DNA from: an uncultured delta proteobacterium
GTDB taxonomy: Bacteria > Myxococcota_A > UBA9160 > UBA4427
Direction of reading: 5' to 3'
NCBI GenBank assembly: GCA_963822965.1
Contig: CAWGJT010000012.1
Coordinates: 64,001 to 128,000, forward strand
Length of the DNA stretch: 64,000 nucleotides
Shown here: in pieces, positions 56,310-64,000 of the stretch
How the letters are laid out: each line of letters opens with the position of its first letter
How positions within the stretch are numbered: the stretch's first letter is position 1
Translations under genes and position numbers: made by a program
Notes under the pieces: model-generated
Database searches by the model: none
What the model was told of the DNA's origin: nothing
Seen by the model: only the letters and a program-made list of their open reading frames with translations

Positions 56310-57437
56310 ATGTCGACCCCGTCCCCGCAGCCCCACCCCCGGCGCGTCGTGCTCGTCGCGTTCCCCGACGTCCAGATCCTCGACGTGACCGGGCCCCTCG
56401 AGGTCTTCTCGAGCGCGACCCGCGAGCACCGGGAGCGAGGAATGGCCGGCGGTCCCGCCTACACGGTGGAGGTGGTGGCCCGCACGAAGGGCCCGCTCGC
56501 GACCTCGTCGGGTGTCGAGATCGTCGCCAGCCGGGCGCTGCGCGACGTGCGGGGCGGCGTCGACACGTTGATCGTGGCGGGCGGGGTCGGCACCCAGGCC
56601 GCCGTCCGGGACGCGGCGCTCGTCGACTGGATCCGCCGCACGGGCCCTCGGGCCCGACGCCTGGCGTCGGTCTGCACCGGCACCTTCCTGCTGGCGGAGG
56701 CCGGCCTGCTCGACGGGCGGCGGGCGGTCACCCACTGGCGCAGCTGCGAGCAGCTGGCGCGCCGCTATCCGCGGGTGCGCGTCGAGCCCGACCCCATCTT
56801 CATCGCCGACGGCGGCGTCTACACGTCGGCCGGGGTGTGTGCGGGCATGGATCTGGCCCTCGCCCTGGTGGAGGAGGATCTGGGCCGGGAGATCGCCCTG
56901 GCCGTCGCCCAGCGCCTGGTGGTGTTCCTGAAGCGCCCGGGCGGCCAGTCCCAGTTCAGCGCGCAGCTGCAGGCCCAGCAGGCCGAGCGCGAGCCCCTGC
57001 AGGAGCTGCAGGCCTGGATCGTCGCGAATCCCGAGGCGGACCTCTCCGTCGAAGCGCTGGCGGCACGAATCGGCATGAGCCCTCGCAACTTCGCCCGGGT
57101 CTTCACGCGCGAGATCGGCACCACGCCGGCCCGCTACGTCGAGCAGGCGCGGATCGAGGCGGCGCGTCGCCGGCTCGAGGAGTCGGACGCACCCATCGAG
57201 CGCGTGGCAGGCGAGTGCGGCTTCGGAACGGCCGAGACCATGCGGCGCGCGTTCCAGCGCAGCCTGCGGGTGTCGCCCGCCGACTATCGCGGGCGCTTTC
57301 GCAGCACGCGGGATCCGCGCGACCGGCGAGCCCCCAGGAGAGCACCCACGAAACGCGCCGGGACGAAGCGCGCCCCGACGAAGCCCACCCGAGCGAAGCG
57401 CACCGGAAAGCGCACGAGAAAGAGGAGAGCCTCATGA
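56310..57437 (+). CDS. GlxA/FtrA-family transcriptional regulator (DJ-1/PfpI + AraC HTH)
   Basis: LDVTGPLEVF, SVCTGTFLLAEAGLLDGR, TSAGVCAGMDL, RPGGQSQFS, MSPRNFARVF, CGFG. Confidence 0.93.
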   Translation: MSTPSPQPHPRRVVLVAFPDVQILDVTGPLEVFSSATREHRERGMAGGPAYTVEVVARTKGPLATSSGVEIVASRALRDVRGGVDTLIVAGGVGTQAAVRDAALVDWIRRTGPRARRLASVCTGTFLLAEAGLLDGRRAVTHWRSCEQLARRYPRVRVEPDPIFIADGGVYTSAGVCAGMDLALALVEEDLGREIALAVAQRLVVFLKRPGGQSQFSAQLQAQQAEREPLQELQAWIVANPEADLSVEALAARIGMSPRNFARVFTREIGTTPARYVEQARIEAARRRLEESDAPIERVAGECGFGTAETMRRAFQRSLRVSPADYRGRFRSTRDPRDRRAPRRAPTKRAGTKRAPTKPTRAKRTGKRTRKRRAS

Positions 57438-58039
57438 GCCAGAACCCCTTCACCGTCGGAATCGTCCTCTTCCCCGAAGCCGAGGAGCTCGACTGGGCCG
57501 GCCCCTACGAGGTGTTCGGCATGGCGACCAAGACCACCGAGAACGCCCGCGTCGTGACCGTCGCGCAGACGCGCGAGCCGGTGACGGGCTTCAACGGCCT
57601 GCGCGTACTGCCCGACCACGACTTCACGGACGCACCCGAGCTGGACGTCGTGCTGGTGCCCGGCGGCCAGGGCACCCGCAAGGAGGCCGAGAACCCGGTG
57701 ATGACGGACTGGCTCGCCAAGATCGCAGCGCGATGCCTGTGGGTGACGAGCGTCTGCACCGGATCGCTCGTCCTGCACGGCGCCGGGCTGACCCACGACA
57801 AGCGCATCACCACCCACTGGGGCTTCATCGAGCCCCTGCGAGAGCGGGCCCCGGAGGCGACCGTGCTCGAGAAGGTCCGCTACGTGCGCGACGGCAACCT
57901 GGTGACCGCCGCGGGGGTGTCCGCGGGCATCGACATGTCGCTCTGGCTGGTGGGTCAGATCTGGGGCGTCGAGCACGCCCGGCTGACCCAGCGCCTGATG
58001 GAGTACGACCCGGCTCCCCCCTACACCGCAGACGTGTGA
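57434..58039 (+). CDS. DJ-1/PfpI family protein (isonitrile hydratase InhA-like)
   Basis: EELDWAGPYEVF, VPGGQG, SVCTGS, TAAGVSAGID, MEYDPAPPY; ATGA coupling and AGGAG RBS. Confidence 0.92.
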   Translation: MSQNPFTVGIVLFPEAEELDWAGPYEVFGMATKTTENARVVTVAQTREPVTGFNGLRVLPDHDFTDAPELDVVLVPGGQGTRKEAENPVMTDWLAKIAARCLWVTSVCTGSLVLHGAGLTHDKRITTHWGFIEPLRERAPEATVLEKVRYVRDGNLVTAAGVSAGIDMSLWLVGQIWGVEHARLTQRLMEYDPAPPYTADV

Positions 58040-58191
58040 GCCCGCAGCGCCGTAACGCGGCACGAGCGGCCGCGCCGGACGAGACCTGCCGGCGCGCTGC
58101 GCAGCCGGGAGGGAGCGGGTGACACCGGGCTAAGGCGGGGGCGGTGAGAGGACGATGATCCGTCATCGGTTCAACCGGCTCGAGGTGCCCC

Positions 58192-58944
58192 ATGTCCGAT
58201 TCCGCCAGCGCGACCTCCCTCGACTTCGATCGAGCGGACTTCTCGAATTCCGGAGGGAGCGATGCCGCTCCCGCCTGTGCGAAGTGCGCCGGCGCGCTGC
58301 AGGGCAGCTACTACACCCTCGGCGAAGCCATGCTGTGCGAGGCCTGCCACTACCAGACCCAGGCGGCCGGCCCCCCGGGCTCGATGTTCACCCGGGCCTT
58401 CGGCGCCCTGGCCCTCGGCGTGGTCGCCGCCGTCGTCGCCGGCGCCCTGTGGATGCTCGTCACCGAGCTCACCGGCTACGAGCTCGGCATCGTCGCCATC
58501 GCGGTGGGACTCGGGGTGGGCGTCGCGGTGCGGATCGGCGCGCGCGGCGTGGGGGGCGTCGGCTACCAGCTGCTGGCGGTCCTGCTCACCTACTCGGCCA
58601 TCGTCATGACCTATGTGCCCGTGATCGTCGCGGAGCTTCGCAACAACGAGGAGATCATGGCCGGGTTCGAGACGGCAGCCGGCGAAGAGGAAGCCCTCGC
58701 GGAGCCGGCGGCGGCCGGAGACGGCGGCCGGGCGTCGCTCGATCCGGAAGCGATCACGGCCACCCTCTACGTCCTGGCGGTGCCCCTGGCCTTCGCGGCG
58801 CCCTTCCTGATGGGGCTCGGCAACGCCATCGGGATCCTGATCATCGGCTTCGCGCTCTGGGAAGCGTGGAAGATCAACCGGCGCGTCGAGCTGAAGGCCC
58901 AGGGCCCGTACCGCCTCGGGGTGGACACCGCCGCCGTTGGCTGA
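58192..58944 (+). CDS. Membrane protein with N-terminal CxxC...CxxC zinc ribbon
   Basis: CAKC...CEAC followed by several hydrophobic helices; GAGG RBS. Confidence 0.75.
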   Translation: MSDSASATSLDFDRADFSNSGGSDAAPACAKCAGALQGSYYTLGEAMLCEACHYQTQAAGPPGSMFTRAFGALALGVVAAVVAGALWMLVTELTGYELGIVAIAVGLGVGVAVRIGARGVGGVGYQLLAVLLTYSAIVMTYVPVIVAELRNNEEIMAGFETAAGEEEALAEPAAAGDGGRASLDPEAITATLYVLAVPLAFAAPFLMGLGNAIGILIIGFALWEAWKINRRVELKAQGPYRLGVDTAAVG

Positions 58945-59983
58945 GGCGCAGGCGCGGAGCCGCTGTGGGTGTGGAACCGAGCTCCCGCCCCAGCGGCTGG
59001 TGTGCCCGGTCTGCCGCCGGCTCATGCACGCCGAATCCCTGAAGCGCCAGGTCGCCGAGGCCGACCGGCACGAGGCGACCGGGGACGTTCGCGCGGCTCT
59101 GGCCACGCTCCGGAGCTCGCTCGCGCTGCTGCCGGCGGACTCGCGCCAGCACGCACTGCTGTCCGAGCGGGCCACTCGCCTGAGCGACCGGATCGACTCC
59201 GGCGCGGTGCCGGCCGCGCCCCGAGCGACCGCGTCCGAGCCCGCCGAGGCCCGGTCCGGCGCGTGGAAGGTCGGGGGGGCGATCGGCGGCCTCGCGCTCC
59301 TCGGCTGGAAGCTCGAGGCGCTGGTCGTCTTTCTGCTGACGAAGGCCAAGCTCCTCGTCCTCGGGCTGGGGAAGGCGACGACCCTCTTCTCGATGCTCCT
59401 CTCCCTCGGCCTGTACTGGTCTCTCTGGGGAATCTGGTTCGCCCTGGGGCTCGTCCTCTCCATCTACGTCCACGAGATGGGACACGTGTCGGCGTTGCGG
59501 CGCTTCGGCATCCAGGCCTCGGCGCCGATGTTCCTGCCGGGGTTCGGCGCGTTGGTTCGCATGAAGCAGTACCCGCACACGCGGCGGGAGGACGCCCGCA
59601 TCGGGCTGGCCGGGCCGGTGTGGGGGCTGGGCGCCGCGCTCGCCACCCTCCTCGCGTACACCGTCGTCGGTCATCCGTTGCTCGCGGCCGTCGCGAGCGT
59701 CGGCGCCTGGATCAATCTCTTCAACCTGGTCCCGGCCTGGACCCTGGACGGCGGCCGCGGCTTCCGGGCGCTGTCGCGACCCCAGCGATGGATCGCCGTC
59801 GCTGCCATCGCCTTGGCCTGGGCCATCACCCAGGAGGGCCTTCTCGTGCTGCTGGGCATGGCGGCCGTCGTCCAGGCCTTCGCCAGGGCGGCGCCGGCGC
59901 AGGGAGACCGGCGCGCCCTGCTCAGCTATGCCGGTCTGGTGGTCGCACTGGCCGTGCTCACGACCGTTCCCGTCCCGGCGTGA
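58937..59983 (+). CDS. Site-2 protease (M50) family with N-terminal Cys-rich ribbon
   Basis: HEMGH, LAGP, NLFNLVPAWTLDGG; CGCG...CPVC N-terminus; overlaps upstream stop. Confidence 0.88.
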   Translation: MAEAQARSRCGCGTELPPQRLVCPVCRRLMHAESLKRQVAEADRHEATGDVRAALATLRSSLALLPADSRQHALLSERATRLSDRIDSGAVPAAPRATASEPAEARSGAWKVGGAIGGLALLGWKLEALVVFLLTKAKLLVLGLGKATTLFSMLLSLGLYWSLWGIWFALGLVLSIYVHEMGHVSALRRFGIQASAPMFLPGFGALVRMKQYPHTRREDARIGLAGPVWGLGAALATLLAYTVVGHPLLAAVASVGAWINLFNLVPAWTLDGGRGFRALSRPQRWIAVAAIALAWAITQEGLLVLLGMAAVVQAFARAAPAQGDRRALLSYAGLVVALAVLTTVPVPA

Positions 59984-60029
59984 AGCCGGCGCCGGCGCCA
60001 GGGCGTCGTGGAGCCGCTCGCGGCGTCCC

Positions 60030-60599
60030 CTACTCGAAGGCGGCCCGCAGCTCGTCGAGGACCCGCTGCTCGTCCTCGGAGATGTTGTCCAGGGCGAGGA
60101 AGCCGCCGCTGGCGTCGGCGACGGCCCGAGCCCGGGCGAGCAGCTCGCGGGCGAACACCGTGCGCCAGTCGGGCTCGACGCGGCGGGACAGCTCGGAGAC
60201 GAGGGCCCGCCAGGCATCCTGCAGCACTGCGTCCGGGCGTTGCTCGAGCCAGCCGCGCAGCAGCTCGAGGCTCACGCTTCCCGGGGCCACGCCGCACTCC
60301 TCCGCGCCCCGCAGCACCGCCTCCCGCTCGTGTCGATCCACCTTGCCGTCCGCCCAGGCCACCGCCACCAGGGGATAGAGGGTGAGGGCGGCCAGGGTCT
60401 CGCTCCGCACGCCGAGCAGCACGAGCTTCTCGAGGACCGCCACGTCCTCGATTCCCGAGATCCCGGCCAGCGCCTCCATCTGCAGGGTTCGCGTGTGCTC
60501 GACCTCGCGCAGCCGCCGGCGCAGGGCTTCGCGGTCGCCCCGGAAGAAGGAGTCCTCGAGATCGCCGTGGCGCGAGGAGCGGTCGTCGTCGGGTGCCAT
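60030..60599 (-). CDS. TerB-like hypothetical protein
   Basis: LEDSFF...PLVAVAWADGKVDRHEREAV...VADASGGFL..ISEDEQRVL. Confidence 0.7.
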   Translation of the reverse strand: MAPDDDRSSRHGDLEDSFFRGDREALRRRLREVEHTRTLQMEALAGISGIEDVAVLEKLVLLGVRSETLAALTLYPLVAVAWADGKVDRHEREAVLRGAEECGVAPGSVSLELLRGWLEQRPDAVLQDAWRALVSELSRRVEPDWRTVFARELLARARAVADASGGFLALDNISEDEQRVLDELRAAFE

Positions 60600-60639
60600 C
60601 GGGGCCGAGTGTAGGGGAGGACGTGCGACCGGCGAGCGC

Positions 60640-61170
60640 TCAGCCGTCCTCGGCCGCGTCCTCGCTCCAGGAGCGAACCACCGCCACGACCCAGCCGAGC
60701 AGCACCACGTGCGCCAGCACGAAGAAGATCGTGAGCCATGGGATCGGTTGATAGTCCGGCTCCACCTCCCGCATGGACAGCACGTTGGGGAACATGCTCA
60801 GCATGCGGATGCGGAAGCCGTAGTAGGTGACCAGCACCACGGCGTCGCGCCCTTCGGTGGCGAAGTTGTTCGCCTGGGCGGCGAGGTCCCCCGTGTCGAA
60901 CTTGAAGTACGGCGGCCAGCCCCAGCCCGTGTCCTGATTGCGAAACATGCGCGCCGAGCCGTCGAGGTTCTCGGCCATGACGTATCGGACGTCCTGGCTC
61001 CGACGCCTGCCTTCCGGATCCTGGACCTCCTTGCGCGTCACCTCGGTTCCGGTGACGTGAACCTTCACGTGGCGGGGCAGGCTGTACGCGCAGAAGACCG
61101 CGTAGGCGAGCAGCACGAGCAGCCCGCCGCCGATCCCCAGGCGCTTCAGCCAGCGTACGAATCGGTTCAT
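60640..61170 (-). CDS. DUF1523-family membrane protein
   Basis: YSLPRH..V..TGTEV, FRNQDTGWGWPPYFKFDTGDL, YYGFRI...SMFPN. Confidence 0.8.
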   Translation of the reverse strand: MNRFVRWLKRLGIGGGLLVLLAYAVFCAYSLPRHVKVHVTGTEVTRKEVQDPEGRRRSQDVRYVMAENLDGSARMFRNQDTGWGWPPYFKFDTGDLAAQANNFATEGRDAVVLVTYYGFRIRMLSMFPNVLSMREVEPDYQPIPWLTIFFVLAHVVLLGWVVAVVRSWSEDAAEDG

Positions 61171-61449
61171 GGATTCGGACCCGTCCTCCTACCCGAACGG
61201 CCGGGCCGCCGGCGCGGCAGAGCCGACTCGGAGCGGCAGCGTATCACGCCGGCGGGCGACCGAGCTGGGGCCCAATTCCCCACGAGACGAGCGACGACTC
61301 CTGGATCCCCTCGTTTTTCGCTCTAGCTCCAGCCCTTTTCCAAGGGTGCCATCGCCGAAAGAATCCCTAGAATCGCGTGGTCGGCGACATGGCGTGATCG
61401 TCGCGCTCGCTCGCCCGACGACCTCATGACCGATCAGGAGTGACGTTCG

Positions 61450-62397
61450 ATGCAGATCCAGCGCCGCAGTTCGACCCGGGCCCGCGCACTCTCGACCGCG
61501 GGAGCCCTGCTCGCCGCCCTGCTCGCAGCCCCGGCCTTCGCCCAGGTAGACGTCGTGGGCGCCGATCCCCCGCCCGAAGGCGCTCCGCCGACGAGCCTGC
61601 TGTTCGGCTACCAGCATCAATTCCAGACCGACATCGGCAACCACGGCAAGTTCAGCCGCGAGGCGGTCATCGCGCGCGGGATCCACATGTTCGACCTCGG
61701 CGACAGCGTGAAGCTGATGGGACAGGCCAGCTACCAGGGCCACTACTACGACTTCACCAACAGCGCCGCGCCGTTCAGCTGGAGCGACATCCACCAGGGG
61801 ACCGTCGCAGGCGTGCTGATGTGGAAGGTGGCCGACCACTGGTCGCTGCTCGGTGCCGGCCTCGTCCGGTCCACGGGCGAGGGCGGAGCCAAGTTCGGGG
61901 ACACGATCACCGCCGGCGGCGGCGTGGGCTTCGTCTACCGCTCGAGCCCCGACTTCCGGGTCGGCGTGCTGCTGGGCGCCCTGAGCCAGCTCGAAGACAG
62001 CGCCTCGCTCCTCCCGCTGCCGGTGCTCGACTGGAAGTTCGCGGACGACTGGAAGCTGCACCTGGGCGTGAACATCGTGAGCTCCGTGGGCTACGGCGGT
62101 GAGATCTCCTACGAGCCCTCGGAATCGTGGACCCTGGCGACGGGCTTCTCCTACGAACGCTGGCGCTACCGCCTGGACGACGGCGGCGCCAACGCCGACG
62201 GCGTGGCCGAGGAGAGGTCGCTGCCCATCTACGCGAAGATCGGCTTCCACCCCTCCAAGGACGTCGACCTCAGCGTGGTGGGCGACGTGGCGACCGGCGG
62301 CAAGCTTCGCGTCGAGGGACAGAGCGGCCGGAAGATCCGCCAGAAGAGCTACGACCCGGCGCCGGGCGTGTCGTTCCAGGCCACGTTCCGCTTCTGA
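61450..62397 (+). CDS. Outer-membrane beta-barrel protein
   Basis: Signal peptide, alternating amphipathic strands, LPLPVLDW, C-terminal FRF; AGGAG RBS. Confidence 0.78.
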   Translation: MQIQRRSSTRARALSTAGALLAALLAAPAFAQVDVVGADPPPEGAPPTSLLFGYQHQFQTDIGNHGKFSREAVIARGIHMFDLGDSVKLMGQASYQGHYYDFTNSAAPFSWSDIHQGTVAGVLMWKVADHWSLLGAGLVRSTGEGGAKFGDTITAGGGVGFVYRSSPDFRVGVLLGALSQLEDSASLLPLPVLDWKFADDWKLHLGVNIVSSVGYGGEISYEPSESWTLATGFSYERWRYRLDDGGANADGVAEERSLPIYAKIGFHPSKDVDLSVVGDVATGGKLRVEGQSGRKIRQKSYDPAPGVSFQATFRF

Positions 62398-62418
62398 CGG
62401 TCCCCGCGACTCGAAGGC

Positions 62419-62916
62419 TCAGCGGGACGGGGCCGGGGACGGCTCCGTCCCGTCGCACGCCAGGTACGCGAGCAGATCGCGGCGCTGGTCGGCGTCCGGC
62501 AGCCCGGCGTAGCTCATGCGCGTGTCGGCGATGAACCACGAAGGATCCTCGACGTAGCGATCCAGCGCGGCGAGCGTCCAGCGCTCGTCGCTTCGCTCGT
62601 CGAAGGCCGCCGAGTACGAGAACGACCGGAGCGAGCCGATCGGCCGGCCCACCACCCCGTGAAGCTCCGGCCCCTGGAGCCGGGACGCACCGCCGGCCAC
62701 ATCGTGACACCGGGAGCACTCGGCCTGGAAGACCAGGGCGCCGCGTGGCAGGTCGGCGCCCTGGAAGGGGGCCCGCCCGGCCCGAGCCGCCGCGCAGGCA
62801 TCCGGGGGATCGGCCCCCGCGAAGGGCGAAGGCGACGCGCACGACGCCAGGACGGCGGCGGCGCCGGCTGCCGCGAGCGTCAGCGCCAGCCCGATCGTCC
62901 GCAGGGTCGAGCTCAC
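62419..62916 (-). CDS. Class I (c2-like) cytochrome c, probable lipoprotein
   Basis: CSRCH heme motif, GPELHGVVGR, FSYS, TRMSYAGL axial Met; LASC lipobox. Confidence 0.88.
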   Translation of the reverse strand: MSSTLRTIGLALTLAAAGAAAVLASCASPSPFAGADPPDACAAARAGRAPFQGADLPRGALVFQAECSRCHDVAGGASRLQGPELHGVVGRPIGSLRSFSYSAAFDERSDERWTLAALDRYVEDPSWFIADTRMSYAGLPDADQRRDLLAYLACDGTEPSPAPSR

Positions 62917-63074
62917 CGGAGTGCCTCCCGAGGGCTTGGAGGGTCGCCAGGCGACCCGGGCTCGCAAGCCTACCCGCCGCCGGCGCCACGGTCAGCCCCG
63001 GGCTTCTGCGGTCTCCGGCGGCACGCCGTCTCGGGCGAAGAAGCCGCGCGGCTCAGGCGAAGGAGCCGCGCGGC

Positions 63075-63740
63075 TCAGACGAAGGGCACACTCTCGATGA
63101 GCTCCGCACGCGTCTCCTCGCGAAGCTGCGACCAGACGATCTGCACGATGCTGCGCTTGAGGCCCTCGTAGATCGCGTCGGCTTCGCGGCTGTCCCGGGC
63201 CAGGCTCGTCCGCCCCACCACCGCGGCCAGCAGCGACATCACCGTGTGCGAGACGGCGGCGGCGTCGGGAAGGGTGCCCCGGCCGAGGCTGTCCTCGAGG
63301 CCCTGGCAGATGGCGCGCTCGGAACGCTCGAAGAGCGCCCGCAGGGCGGCGCGGATCTCCTCGGAGTGGTCGAGCGCTTCGAGCTGCAGGAACACGGGCA
63401 GGCGGATCAGCTGGGGCTGCTGCTCCAGGATGTCGCGCCAACCCTCCACCAGCTCCTCGAGCCGTTCGTGGGGCAGCGCGCGCAGGTAGGCCCGCTTCTG
63501 CAGCTCTTCGATCCAGCGCCCGCCCAGAGCCTCGAGCACCGCGGCCAGCAGGCCCTCCTTGTGATCGAAGTGCCAGTAGAGGGCGGTCTTGGCGACGCCC
63601 GCACGCCGGCAGATGTCGTTCACGCTCGTCGCGCGGTAGCCGCGCTCGCTGATGAGCTCGGTGGCCGACTCGACGAGCCGCTGCCGGCTCTCCTCGCCCC
63701 GTTCGCGCCTCGCGTGGCTCGCCGCCCGGGTATTGCGCAC
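63075..63740 (-). CDS. TetR/AcrR family transcriptional regulator
   Basis: RQRLVESATELISERGYRATSVNDICRRAGVAKTALYWHFDHKEGLL. Confidence 0.92.
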   Translation of the reverse strand: MRNTRAASHARRERGEESRQRLVESATELISERGYRATSVNDICRRAGVAKTALYWHFDHKEGLLAAVLEALGGRWIEELQKRAYLRALPHERLEELVEGWRDILEQQPQLIRLPVFLQLEALDHSEEIRAALRALFERSERAICQGLEDSLGRGTLPDAAAVSHTVMSLLAAVVGRTSLARDSREADAIYEGLKRSIVQIVWSQLREETRAELIESVPFV

Positions 63741-63741
63741 G

Positions 63742-64000
63742 TCAGCCCACCGCCGGGACGAGATCGATCTCGGCGAGACGCGCCCGCGCGAGATCCAGGT
63801 CGTCGACCTGATTGGGATGGAAGTCGCGGCGGAAATAGCCGAGCAGCTGGCCGCGCACGTAGGCGACGAGCTGCGGGTCGACGCGCTGCTCGAGCTGCCT
63901 TCGCAGCGCACGCGCCTCCCGGCGGGAGACGCCGTCCTGACGGAGCAGCATGCGCGCACCGGCGCCCGACCAGCCGAGGAGCGACGCGCTCGCCAGCAGG
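63742..64000 (-). CDS. Probable metal-dependent hydrolase, C-terminal part (5' truncated by window)
   Basis: LLRQDG...LLGYFRRDFHPNQVDDLDLA resembles the Y-x-R-x-x-FHP tail of predicted metal-dependent hydrolases. Confidence 0.55.
   Translation of the reverse strand, partial: LLASASLLGWSGAGARMLLRQDGVSRREARALRRQLEQRVDPQLVAYVRGQLLGYFRRDFHPNQVDDLDLARARLAEIDLVPAVG

Overview
High-GC bacterial chromosomal window. Gene content (Dif-like chemosensory cluster, PEP-CTERM proteins, larB/larC, HrcA/CIRCE) suggests a Myxococcota/deltaproteobacterial-type organism; this is inference. The left ~38 kb is mostly housekeeping: ppiD-like fragment, folE, lexA, CIRCE-controlled groESL, larBC, a long minus-strand run hemW-hrcA-grpE-dnaK-dnaJ-lpoA-like-lon-thiL-MCP-cheW-cheY-cheA-cheC, an M16 peptidase, ggt, a cyclophilin, a sulfatase-like gene and a TPR lipoprotein. 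After tRNA-Phe(GAA) comes a ~16 kb cell-surface/EPS accessory block with PEP-CTERM and IPTL-like sorted FG-GAP proteins, beta-helix proteins, glycosyltransferases and gene remnants, followed by GlxA/DJ-1, site-2 protease, beta-barrel, cytochrome c and TetR genes. Several conserved genes (groEL, lon, thiL) carry single-base frameshifts, so the assembly probably has indel errors and all recoding claims need read-level checks. Most interesting signals: (1) cheA split just after the Hpt domain at an A9 slippery run followed by a hairpin, a candidate programmed -1 frameshift; (2) a signal-peptide protein with two Hcp-like repeats coupled to a PEP-CTERM gene; (3) a ~0.5 kb segment flanked by 12-bp inverted repeats whose inversion rejoins two polysaccharide-gene fragments in frame; (4) a shared TCAAG-N15-GMCGAWA sigma28-like motif before the MCP, lon and a pseudo-receiver/PilZ gene; (5) many apparently leaderless genes. 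No CRISPR array, rRNA, integrase or transposase was seen.
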